A stretch of DNA of 64,000 bases, taken from contig JAXDQS010000001.1 in the NCBI GenBank assembly GCA_034667725.1, positions 303,846 to 367,845 on the forward strand, read 5' to 3'. Position 1 is the stretch's first letter. Each line of letters opens with the position of its first letter. The position numbers and the translations under genes were made by a program. This DNA is from Thermoplasmata archaeon. Lineage in GTDB: Archaea; Thermoplasmatota; E2; JACPAO01; JAHFTW01. Positions 29,001 through 36,320 of this stretch are shown here, piece by piece. A model generated the notes under the pieces. The model saw only the letters and a list, made by a program, of their open reading frames with translations, had not been told where the DNA came from and ran no database searches.

Positions 29001-31123
29001 CGCGGGACGTCGTCGTCCGGCACAACCAGGTCGAGGCGATGCAGGGCAACGGCATCGAGGCCGTCGCCGCGACCGACGGCCTGGTGATCGAGGGGAACCT
29101 GGTGCGCGACTGCGTCTGGGTGGACCCCGTCGTGCCCGGCCCCGCCAGCATCTTCGTCGCCGCGGCCATCGGCCTGCGGCTGGCCGGCAACGTCGTGGCC
29201 GGCCTTGGCAGCAAGCTCGGCCCGCACGGCCGGGCCGGCATCCACCTGGAGGCGTGCCAGGAGGCGCACAGCCGCGACAACCGCGTCCACGACCCTTGGA
29301 CGGCGTTCCGGGCCAACGGCTGCATCGGCCTCGACCTGCAAGGCGAGCAGCTGGAGAGCATGGTGCTTGCGTTCACCGCGCGCGCCACCGGCCTGCGGTT
29401 GGCGGCCAGCGCCTTGGTGGGCAAGCTCCACGTGCGCGACGGGTCGGTGCGCCTCGTCCTCGAGGGCAACCGCGTCCAGGGCGGCGTCCATCTGGGCGGC
29501 CTGATCGAGGGCTTCGACACACTGGAGCACGCGTTCGGCGTGCATGACGTCCGCGTGGCCGGCAACGAGATCCGCGACACCCAAGGGCCCGGCCTCCAGA
29601 CCCCCGCCTGGGTGGACGGCGGCCCCACGGGCTCGGTCCACGGCCTCACGGTCGAGGACAACCTGGTGGCCGGCTGCGTGCTGTCCCCCGGCGAAGGCGC
29701 CCTGCAACTGCTTGGCGTCCAAGGACTGCGCGTGCACGGCAACCGCATCGTCGGCAACCCTGGCGCCGAAACGTGGGGCGGCTCCGTCGGCATCCTGGCG
29801 CACGCCTGCCTCGCCGTCGATCTGCAACGCAACGAGGTCGCCGGCAGCGGCGGCCTCGCCATCACGGGCTGCCTCCCCAGCCCCGGCTTCGCCCCCTCCG
29901 ACGACGGCCCCGCGCTCGTGGTGCAAGGCAACACCGTGACCGCCCCCGCCGGCCCCGCCCTTGTCGCCACCGGCCTGGGGGCCGCGTCGATCCGCGGCAA
30001 CAGCCTCGCCAGCCTGGCGCCCCACCCGAACGACGGCCACGTCGGCTCCTGCGTCGACATCCAGTTCCCCGGCAGCGACCCGCTGCGGGGCCTCATGCTG
30101 CCCACCCTGAGCGTCCCCGGCCGCCGCCTCGCCGTGAACCACCACCTGGAGCACTACACGCGCACCTACGACCCCGCGTCCGCGTTCCAAGGCCAGCCCT
30201 TCATGGAGGCCCGCGTCCCCGGCCGCGTCCAGTTCAGCGGCAACCAGGTCGTCCAGCACGCCACCGGCGCCACCACCGCCGCCACCGTCGCCATCGCCGC
30301 CGGCACCGACCTCGCCTTCCAGGACAACCAGGTCCACACCCGCAACCCCGGCGGCTTCACCAGCGCCGCCGTGCTCGCCTACGCCCCCGACGCCCGCCTC
30401 ACCGGCAACGCCATCGAGGAGCTGCCGTGGGGCGCCGCCTGGTCCGCCGCGGTGATGGCGCACCGGCCCGTGCTGGCCGCCAACCACCTGACCCACTGCC
30501 ACCACCCCAACAAGCTCAGCGACGCCCCCGCCGGCGCCCTCAGCATCAACCTGGTGCAGGTCGCGACCCGGTGCGGGACGCAAAAAAGCGGGCCCGAGCA
30601 CGGGCAGCTGCTCGATACCGAGAAGCGCCTGCGCGCGGCCTGGCGCGAGGCGGTGCGCGCAGCGCACGCCGTCGCCGGCCGGCACGCGGCGCGGCTCGAG
30701 CGCAGCGTGGCCCACCTGCCGCAGGACGCGTTGCGCGGCCGGCTGGAGGCCAAGCGCCAGGCGATGGCCGACACCGAGGCGGTGCTGGCGGTCGCCGTGG
30801 ACCGCTGCCGCTGGATGGCGGCCGACCCGCCGGCCAGCGTGGACGGCTGGGCGATCGTCGGCCGCGTCCGGCACGACGCTGCGCCGGTGGGGCCGGTGCG
30901 AATCCGCCTGGTGCGGGCCATCGGCGGCAACGAGTTCGCGACCACCGGCTTCGAGGCGACCGTCGACGCCAACCAGGACTTCCGCATGGAGGCCTGCGGC
31001 ACCCGGGGCAGCACCTACGAGCTGGAGGTGCGCGACGGCGACGACGGGCTGGTGCACCGGACCAAGCTGGAGCTGGCCGGCGACGCCGGCCGGCGCGACG
31101 TGGTGGAGCTCGCCACCAGGTGA
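26090..31123 (+). CDS. DUF6519-domain protein with long right-handed beta-helix (tail fibre/spike-like)
   Basis: 'QQGRVDLDADWNE', 'GRLYVDGIL', 'NRLYRVEIH', 'KWSRDNGS', 'GDWWAFTAR', then many 'xxxGNxV' parallel beta-helix repeats. Confidence 0.85.
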   Translation: MSDFTRITHDATKHYTRVLRQQGRVDLDADWNEGMDIQAHELRTRTLDVVGAAGVPADAPGFGVTYQPTAGAPDFALSAGRLYVDGILATLEKPTTYTKQPDLQPAPLLAPAANARHLLYALLWERHVTAHVDDKLREPALDGLDTATRTRTMAQVRWMTAPEHCATASAEWDALTRPTGMGLHCRGAPATPAATPCDVQPRRGYHGGGNRLYRVEIHDAGLPYPFDHAQVEAVVATDVGGNTYQMADIGRPWQPGDALELFQSNGTASVLTAVQAVNGNQVKVEAQVNVSLDRARRVATYKWSRDNGSVVLAVTGFPDPVALPRAVSVARFGRDHVLGLRPGDWVEVVSDQTETARGPGTMAQVVKIHEGDLRIDLDRDVAHHAGQGSLRLRRWDDVQGLRPVRADADDTTTTFLELEDDVEVRFRSDGHAVRSGDWWAFTARRSGVAGDPGDVQDLHGAPPEGRVHVARLAIVEWGVQSGNAWTPILHDCRRRFLPLTELDSPCPATSVGDGTTSIGRHTHNADYPYGLQQAIDSLDAGMIHVLPGRYVLPDSLRLHSGITLQGCGDRSILVAPAGKPAVLAASVGEPITEVALETLRIEGAVRFERVEKARVQGCTVLGAGDPAIVARDARWLRVLDCRVDGSPALHFQAEDATVATSRVRGAIQVSRASSRVDVTRCVLHHADGHAVEVGGAPPAPGAGAVAVADAPPSRVRVHANLVRRAGKCAVWAAAAAGDGAHGLAIEDNRIQQCWAGGSAAPYLSAAVHVEHWARVSILGNEVTDNARTMAGDGTPGVRLVACEDVDLMGNHVAKNGAMGHAPALMAVGCERLHAAHNHLHGWGRIASKPDGAPARVAVVLHGRALRLHGNRVRGGAVQVLDGSSGVHVEANHVADGDGPGIHLGGGKAAKGDTKTVGKTPVEIPQVFSWPTFGGTKTNPAIPALGENAKKVPVRSRKVVAEEEQTPPAPSTRDVVVRHNQVEAMQGNGIEAVAATDGLVIEGNLVRDCVWVDPVVPGPASIFVAAAIGLRLAGNVVAGLGSKLGPHGRAGIHLEACQEAHSRDNRVHDPWTAFRANGCIGLDLQGEQLESMVLAFTARATGLRLAASALVGKLHVRDGSVRLVLEGNRVQGGVHLGGLIEGFDTLEHAFGVHDVRVAGNEIRDTQGPGLQTPAWVDGGPTGSVHGLTVEDNLVAGCVLSPGEGALQLLGVQGLRVHGNRIVGNPGAETWGGSVGILAHACLAVDLQRNEVAGSGGLAITGCLPSPGFAPSDDGPALVVQGNTVTAPAGPALVATGLGAASIRGNSLASLAPHPNDGHVGSCVDIQFPGSDPLRGLMLPTLSVPGRRLAVNHHLEHYTRTYDPASAFQGQPFMEARVPGRVQFSGNQVVQHATGATTAATVAIAAGTDLAFQDNQVHTRNPGGFTSAAVLAYAPDARLTGNAIEELPWGAAWSAAVMAHRPVLAANHLTHCHHPNKLSDAPAGALSINLVQVATRCGTQKSGPEHGQLLDTEKRLRAAWREAVRAAHAVAGRHAARLERSVAHLPQDALRGRLEAKRQAMADTEAVLAVAVDRCRWMAADPPASVDGWAIVGRVRHDAAPVGPVRIRLVRAIGGNEFATTGFEATVDANQDFRMEACGTRGSTYELEVRDGDDGLVHRTKLELAGDAGRRDVVELATR

Positions 31124-31208
31124 CGAGAGGAAAGGTCCCCCTGGCCCTCCCCTCGTTCCGGTGCCGGTTTCATGCCCCACCCCCTGCCCAAACCAACAGC
31201 AACACTGC

Positions 31209-31223
31209 TGTTTTTCCTTAATT
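31209..31223 (+). terminator. Possible oligo-T archaeal terminator after the eCIS operon
   Basis: TGTTTTTCCTTAATT about 90 nt downstream of the last eCIS stop codon. Confidence 0.35.
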
Positions 31224-31341
31224 CGTGCGGGGCCGGGGACTAATCGCCGTGCTACCATCCCGAAGGGACTTGTTCCCAGGGTCAACCTCCCCATGCCCTC
31301 CCGCCTCCAAGTAGGTTACGGGGGGCCGCCTCGACCCAATG

Positions 31342-31349
31342 CTTATCAA
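31342..31349 (+). promoter_or_regulatory. TATA-like element of the rpl21e-rpo4-DUF655 operon
   Basis: CTTATCAA; the same hexamer occurs upstream of ftsZ and of the 45189 gene. Confidence 0.5.
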
Positions 31350-31420
31350 CCGACCCCGGTCCTCGGCGGCTTGCCCGATGCGGTCCCCCAGCGGGGCCCA
31401 CGCAACCGAAGGTGCCAGTC

Positions 31421-31714
31421 ATGCCCATCCGCTCCAAGGGACTCCGCAGCAAGACCCGCCACATGCTCCTCAAGGACCCGCGCAAGCGCGGCATGCTGCC
31501 GCCCAACCGCGTCCTGCGGCAGTTCGAGGTCGGCGCCCGCGTGGCCATCAAGAACGAGCCCAGCCAGCACTCCGGCATGACCCACAAGCGCTTCCAGGGC
31601 CTGACCGGCACCGTCGCCGGCAAGCAGGGCGAGGCCTTCGTCATCGACATCATGCACGGCAACATGGCCAAGACCCTGGTCGTGCGCGCCGAGCACCTGA
31701 AGGCCCTCCAGTAG
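31421..31714 (+). CDS. rpl21e: 50S ribosomal protein L21e
   Basis: 'SKGLRSKTRHML.K.PR.RG', 'HSGMTHKRFQGLTG', 'KTLVVRAEHLK'; AAGGTG upstream of the ATG. Confidence 0.97.
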   Translation: MPIRSKGLRSKTRHMLLKDPRKRGMLPPNRVLRQFEVGARVAIKNEPSQHSGMTHKRFQGLTGTVAGKQGEAFVIDIMHGNMAKTLVVRAEHLKALQ

Positions 31715-31734
31715 GGACCCGGAGCTGACAACCC

Positions 31735-32112
31735 ATGGCTGACGCCGACATCATCCTGGAAGAGGCCGTCGAGGAAGGCCGCCTGGTCTCGCTGGCCGAG
31801 GTCAAGGCCATGCTGGAGAAGGCCCAGAAGGACCGCCTCGCCGCCGACGGCGAGCTGACCTACGAGCAGAAGATCGCCCTGGAGCACGCCAAGCGGTTCG
31901 CCCGCATCGGCGCCCCCGAGGCCAAGAAGATCGTGGCCGCCGTCCACAAGGCCCTGCCCGACCTCGAGGAGAAGTTCGCCATCCGGGTCGCCGACCTGCT
32001 CCCCCAGCACCCCGACGACGTGCGCGCCATCCTGCAGAAGTCGCGCCACGACCTGACGGAGGCCGAGATCGCCCAGCTCATCGCCATCGTCGACGAGCAC
32101 TACACCGCCTAG
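31735..32112 (+). CDS. rpoF: RNA polymerase subunit Rpo4 (RpoF)
   Basis: 'ELTYEQKIALEHAKRF', 'RVADLLPQHPDDVRAI'; conserved position after rpl21e. Confidence 0.93.
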   Translation: MADADIILEEAVEEGRLVSLAEVKAMLEKAQKDRLAADGELTYEQKIALEHAKRFARIGAPEAKKIVAAVHKALPDLEEKFAIRVADLLPQHPDDVRAILQKSRHDLTEAEIAQLIAIVDEHYTA

Positions 32113-32124
32113 GCGGAGCGTTCC

Positions 32125-32715
32125 ATGGAAGACTACGTCCACATCCTCGACTTCCTGCCGCAGGGCCGCCCCGACGCGCCGCCCATGCGCCGCGAGCCCA
32201 CCCTCATGGGCCTCGGCGAGCAGCAGTTCACCCTGTTCGAGCTGGTGCCCAAGCCCGGCGCCTCCTTCACCATCGGCGACCGCGCCTACGTCGGCAAGGA
32301 CGTCGAGCAGCGCAGCCTGGTGCAGAAGATCCGCGGCCGCATCGCCTACCACGAGCTGACCCCGGCCGCCCACGGCGAGCTGCCCTACGTCATCGAGGAC
32401 GTCGTCAAGACCGACCCCAAGCGGTTCCTCAACTTCTTCAACACCGCGCCCGCCATCTCGGTGCGCTACCACGCCCTGGAGCTCTTGCCCGGCATCGGCA
32501 AGAAGTCGGTCGAGCACCTCGTCCAGGAGCGCAAGAAGCCGTTCGAGTCGCTCGAGGACCTCGAGACGCGCGGCAAGGTCGCCAACCCCTTGAAGGTCAT
32601 CATCGGCCGCATCCTGCACGAGCTGCAGGACCCGACCGAGAAGTACCATATCTTCGTCCGACCCCCTGCGAAAGAGGAAGACGAGCGCTGGCGGGGCCCG
32701 CGGCGCGGCCCCTAG
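32125..32715 (+). CDS. DUF655 family putative RNA-binding protein
   Basis: 'EDYVHILDFLPQG', 'GEQQFTLFEL', 'HALELLPGIGKK'; conserved rpl21e-rpoF-DUF655 synteny. Confidence 0.92.
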   Translation: MEDYVHILDFLPQGRPDAPPMRREPTLMGLGEQQFTLFELVPKPGASFTIGDRAYVGKDVEQRSLVQKIRGRIAYHELTPAAHGELPYVIEDVVKTDPKRFLNFFNTAPAISVRYHALELLPGIGKKSVEHLVQERKKPFESLEDLETRGKVANPLKVIIGRILHELQDPTEKYHIFVRPPAKEEDERWRGPRRGP

Positions 32716-32885
32716 CGCCTCATCTTCGAGAGAGCGGGGGCGAGGACGCAGCTGCTGCCCGCAGGGCAGTAGCGTCGTCCGACCGCCGGCCAAGGGTAGG
32801 ACGAGCGCTGGCGCGGTCCCCGCCGGGCGTAGGCGCGGTTTCCACGGCGCGAGGCTTTAGCCCCCCGCCGCGAAAAAATCCCGTC

Positions 32886-33206
32886 ATGACGGGACGGCTG
32901 CGCGTGCTGGAGGCGGGCGCGGCCTTGGTCGTCGGGTTCCTGGTGCTGGCGCCGCTGGTGGCCCTGGTGTGGCCCGCGGACGCCGACGACGCCGCCGGCC
33001 CGGACGCCGCCTCAAGCTGCTCGGCGTCGGCCGAGGAGCCGCTTGCGAAGAAGCCGAAGCACGCGGACCCGGACGACGACGCCGACGACGCCGCCGACGG
33101 CCATGGCGGGCACGGCAAAGGCAAGGCCAAGGACAAGCCGGTGCGGGCCATCGAGGGCGGCCTTCCGCCGGTGGCCGCGGCTTCCGAGGCCGTGCCCCAG
33201 TGCTGA
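32886..33206 (+). CDS. Small membrane-anchored or secreted hypothetical protein
   Basis: N-terminal hydrophobic segment paralogous to the next gene. Confidence 0.55.
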   Translation: MTGRLRVLEAGAALVVGFLVLAPLVALVWPADADDAAGPDAASSCSASAEEPLAKKPKHADPDDDADDAADGHGGHGKGKAKDKPVRAIEGGLPPVAAASEAVPQC

Positions 33207-33260
33207 GGCCGCGGGTTCCACGGCGACGGTTTATGCCGGCCGGACCCCCCATCTCTTGAC

Positions 33261-33881
33261 ATGGTCCTGCCCGGCCGCCCGCGCGTGCTGGAGGCTGGCG
33301 CGGTCCTGGTCGTCGCGTTCCTGGTCGCCTTGCCCATCCTCCAGTTCGTGGCGCCCGGCGCCGCCCCCGTCCCCGAGCTGCCTTCGCCCCTGACGGGCGC
33401 CCAATGCCAGCCGTTGGGCCAGGAGCCGGACCCCGGTTCGGGCAACCTCACCCAGAACGGCACGACCGAGCCGCCGCCCGACGACAACGTCACCGAGCCG
33501 CCGCAGGAGCCGCCAGCCAGCAACGACACCTCCAACGGCACGACCCCGCCGCCCCCTCCTCCGCCCCCGCCGCCTCCGCCGCCGTCGGGGAGCAACGGCA
33601 CGGACAGCAGCAGCACCAGCAGCTCGTCGTCGCCGCCCAGCAGCCAGCCGCCGCCCCCGCCGCCACCTCCTCCGCCCCCGCCGCCTGCGCCGGCCGGCTC
33701 CAGCTCCTCCAGCTCGTCGTCCAGCACCACGGGCAGCCCCAGCTCCAGCAGCAGCGCCCAGCCGTCGACCGGCACCACGGCGCCGCCGTCCTCCACCCGC
33801 GCCTCCGACCCGCCCCGCCTCAACGGCTGCGGCGCCCGCGGCGCGGCGGTCGCGGCGGCGATCGGGCTATCCCGGGCCTGA
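33261..33881 (+). CDS. Pro/Ser-rich membrane-anchored or secreted hypothetical protein
   Basis: N-terminal hydrophobic segment, poly-Pro and poly-Ser tracts, several NxT/S sequons. Confidence 0.6.
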   Translation: MVLPGRPRVLEAGAVLVVAFLVALPILQFVAPGAAPVPELPSPLTGAQCQPLGQEPDPGSGNLTQNGTTEPPPDDNVTEPPQEPPASNDTSNGTTPPPPPPPPPPPPPSGSNGTDSSSTSSSSSPPSSQPPPPPPPPPPPPPAPAGSSSSSSSSSTTGSPSSSSSAQPSTGTTAPPSSTRASDPPRLNGCGARGAAVAAAIGLSRA

Positions 33882-33894
33882 GTTTCCGCCGACC

Positions 33895-35364
33895 GTGGCC
33901 GAGCGCCGTCCCCACCCGCCTTCGCAAGCCCGCGAGCTGGTCGCCGCCGCCAAGGCCGGCTCCCGCAGCCTGCCCGACCTCCTCGCGGAGGCGCGGACCA
34001 TCGAGGACCCGTCGTTCGCCGCCGAGGCGCTCGTCGCACTGAGCGGCCACCCCAAGGTGTCCGCCGAGCAGGCCCGCCGCTGCCTCGACGAGGCCCTCAA
34101 GGGCATCCGCCGCACCGAGCGCGACTGGCGCCGCGCCGAGGCGCTGGCCGAGGTCGCCCGCCGCCTGCCGAAGTGGCGCACGGCCGACGACTGGGCCGAC
34201 CGCCTGCGCCACGACATGGTCGTCGGCCTGGTGGACGTCGCCGTCGCCCTGCCGCCCGGCCCCGCCGCGTCGCAGGCCATCGCGGCGCTCGCCCCGCTGG
34301 CCGACGGCCCGGCCCGCGCCCGCCTGCTCCGCAAGGCGCTGCAAGGCCCCGCCGCGCTGGAGGACGGCAAGGCCGTCATGGCCGCCGGCGCCGCGCCCGA
34401 GGTCGTCGCCGCGCTGGAGGAGTGGCCGCCCGCCGCGCGCGCCCGCCTGCTGGGCAGCCTGCACCTGCGGGGCGGCGCCAGCCTGGAGCGCGCCCTGCTC
34501 GCGGCCGGCAAGGTGCCGCCGGCGGAGCGCGTCGAGGTGCTGCGCGGCCTCATTGCACCGCTAGAGGACTTCGCCGACCTCGACATGGTCCACACGCAGC
34601 TCATGGTCGAGCCCGAGCCCGCCGCGCGCGTGCTGTGCTCGCTGGCCGCCCGCGCCGACAAGCTCGGCGACCCCGCGCGCGCCCAGGCCTGGCTCGACGA
34701 GGCGGCGGCGCAGGCCGAGCGCATCGCGGACCCGAAGGCGCAAGCCGCCGTCCGGCGCAACATCGACACGGGCCGCGCCCGGCTGGCGGGCGAGGAGAAG
34801 CCCGCCGCCAAGCCGACGGAGCCGGAGCCGGAGCCGGTCGCGAAGCCCGCGCAAGCGAGTGCCCGGCACATGCTCGTGCTGCACGACACCTACGTCGGCG
34901 CGCTCGGCGACCCGCACCTGCGCGCCATCGCCCGCGCCGCCCCGCTGTGCGAGGCGTTCGGGCTCGACCTCGGGCTCCTGAACTTCCCCGTCCAGCCCGG
35001 CGACCTGGAGAAGGCGGTGCGCGACACCCGCATCGGCGACGCCGGCCGCCACCTCCAGTCCCTGCTGGCCGAGGGCCGCGTGCATGTCCTGAAATGGCCG
35101 GTGACGGACGGCTTCGTCGTCGCCACCACGCCCAACCCCGAGCCGAAGAAGGCGGTGGACTTCGCGGGCGCCGCCCAGGCCGCCCGCTTCGCCGGCGCCC
35201 CCAGGCTGGTGGTCGTCATGGGCCTCGGCCCCAAGGGCCTGCCCGGCACGATCCTGCGCGACGCGCCCGCCCACCTGGAGCTCACCGGCCGCGGCGTCAG
35301 CATGGAGACCGCGACCGCCATGGGCATCCTCGCCGACCGGCTGCGTCAGGTCCCGCCCATCTGA
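33895..35364 (+). CDS. DUF531 family (SPOUT-like) protein with long helical N-terminal extension
   Basis: 'DTY....PHLRAIARAAPLCEAFGLDL', 'VVATTPNP', 'GLGPKGLP', 'HLELTGRGVSMETATAMG'. Confidence 0.8.
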   Translation: MAERRPHPPSQARELVAAAKAGSRSLPDLLAEARTIEDPSFAAEALVALSGHPKVSAEQARRCLDEALKGIRRTERDWRRAEALAEVARRLPKWRTADDWADRLRHDMVVGLVDVAVALPPGPAASQAIAALAPLADGPARARLLRKALQGPAALEDGKAVMAAGAAPEVVAALEEWPPAARARLLGSLHLRGGASLERALLAAGKVPPAERVEVLRGLIAPLEDFADLDMVHTQLMVEPEPAARVLCSLAARADKLGDPARAQAWLDEAAAQAERIADPKAQAAVRRNIDTGRARLAGEEKPAAKPTEPEPEPVAKPAQASARHMLVLHDTYVGALGDPHLRAIARAAPLCEAFGLDLGLLNFPVQPGDLEKAVRDTRIGDAGRHLQSLLAEGRVHVLKWPVTDGFVVATTPNPEPKKAVDFAGAAQAARFAGAPRLVVVMGLGPKGLPGTILRDAPAHLELTGRGVSMETATAMGILADRLRQVPPI

Positions 35365-36320
35365 GCCTCTGCGGCCTTCCGCAGCCGGTTCATGACGGCG
35401 GCACCCAGCCCGTCCTCGGCGATGGCCTCGACCACGATGAGCGGCCGCGCGTCCAGCTCGCGCAGCAGGCGGAACAGGCTGCGGCCCCACGCTGGCGGGT
35501 CGTCGCGCCTGCCGGCCACGCGCACGTGCTCGCCCGCAAGGTTGGCCTCGGCGCTCACGATGAAGCCGGTGCCGTCGTCTTTGTGCGCGCGCCACAGCTC
35601 CGGCAACGCCTCCGGCGCGGCCACCACGACGCGGCCCGTCGGCGCGTAGTGCCGGTACTTCATGCCCGGGCTGCGCGCCAGGCCGGCGCGGGCCTTGCCG
35701 AGCGGCCCGACGACCGCCTCGATGGCCTCGCGCGGCACCCCGCCCGGCCGCAGCATCGTCGGCACCTCGCCCAGCAGGCCGATGACCGTCGACTCGAGGC
35801 CCACCTCGGTCGGGCCGGCGTCGAGGTAGAGCGGCACCCGCTCGCCGAGGTCGGCGTAGGCGTGCTGCGCCGTCGTCGGGCTGGGGCGGCCGCTGGTGTT
35901 GGCGCTCGGCGCCGCGATGGGCAGGCCGCACGCCCGCAGCAGCGCCTGCGCCACCGGATGGCGCGGCACCCGCACCGCGATCGAGTCGAGGCCGCCGGTG
36001 GCCGCGTCCGGGATGCCCGCGGCGCGCGGCAGCACGATGGTGAGCGGGCCCGGCCAGAACGCGCGCGCCAGCTTCTCCGCCGTCTCCGGCCACGCCGCGC
36101 ACAGCGCCCGCGCCGCCTGGGTGTCGGCGACGTGGACGATGACCGGGTTGTCGGCGGGGCGGCCCTTGGCGGCGAACACCTGCTCGACCGCCTGCGCGTC
36201 GCGCGCGTCGGCGCCGAGCCCGTACACCGTCTCGGTCGGGAACACCACGATGCCGCCTTCCTGGAGGATGCGCGCGGCCTCGGCCACGGCAGGACCGTCG
36301 GCGCGGCGCACTTCCGTCAT
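35346..36320 (-). CDS. sua5: L-threonylcarbamoyladenylate synthase (Sua5/YrdC plus SUA5 domain)
   Basis: 'FPTETVYGLGADA', 'KGRPADNP', 'APSANTSGRPSPT', 'SPGMKYRHYAP'. Confidence 0.96.
   Translation of the reverse strand: MTEVRRADGPAVAEAARILQEGGIVVFPTETVYGLGADARDAQAVEQVFAAKGRPADNPVIVHVADTQAARALCAAWPETAEKLARAFWPGPLTIVLPRAAGIPDAATGGLDSIAVRVPRHPVAQALLRACGLPIAAPSANTSGRPSPTTAQHAYADLGERVPLYLDAGPTEVGLESTVIGLLGEVPTMLRPGGVPREAIEAVVGPLGKARAGLARSPGMKYRHYAPTGRVVVAAPEALPELWRAHKDDGTGFIVSAEANLAGEHVRVAGRRDDPPAWGRSLFRLLRELDARPLIVVEAIAEDGLGAAVMNRLRKAAEAQMGGT

Larger units (their letters stand above)
1893..31123 (+). other. Extracellular contractile injection system (eCIS) operon, 19 genes
   Basis: Sheath, tube, Pvc16/DUF4255, AAA ATPase, DUF4157, tube initiator/LysM, hub, gpV, PAAR-like, gp25, 2x baseplate J, gpI-like and DUF6519 genes are co-oriented, and almost all overlap by ATGA/GTGA/TGATG. 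Confidence 0.93.

Noticed and set aside
1893-31123. Prophage or provirus
   Set aside because: No capsid, portal, terminase, integrase or replication genes; the Afp15-type ATPase, DUF4255 and DUF4157 point to eCIS.
1893-31123. Type VI secretion system
   Set aside because: No TssJLM, TssK, ClpV or split TssB/C sheath; the tube is gp19-like and the baseplate J-like.
31225-31245. tRNA 3'-end-like att site (TCCCCGGCCCCGCAC on minus strand)
   Set aside because: No T-loop GTTC, no cloverleaf, no matching copy at the left border, no integrase.
31125-31350. RNase P or SRP RNA (GAGGAAAGGTCC; CCCCGTAACC on minus strand)
   Set aside because: Only fragmentary resemblance; the RNase P 3' P4 strand and the SRP helix-8 motif are absent.
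31342-31420. SAM-I riboswitch-like words (CTTATC...GCAACC...GGTGC)
   Set aside because: No P1 closing strand or kink-turn, and the downstream gene is ribosomal; better explained as TATA plus SD.
33547-33760. Poly-CCG/AGC tracts as a contingency or mobile repeat
   Set aside because: Imperfect triplets encoding poly-Pro/Ser linkers; ordinary low-complexity coding sequence.
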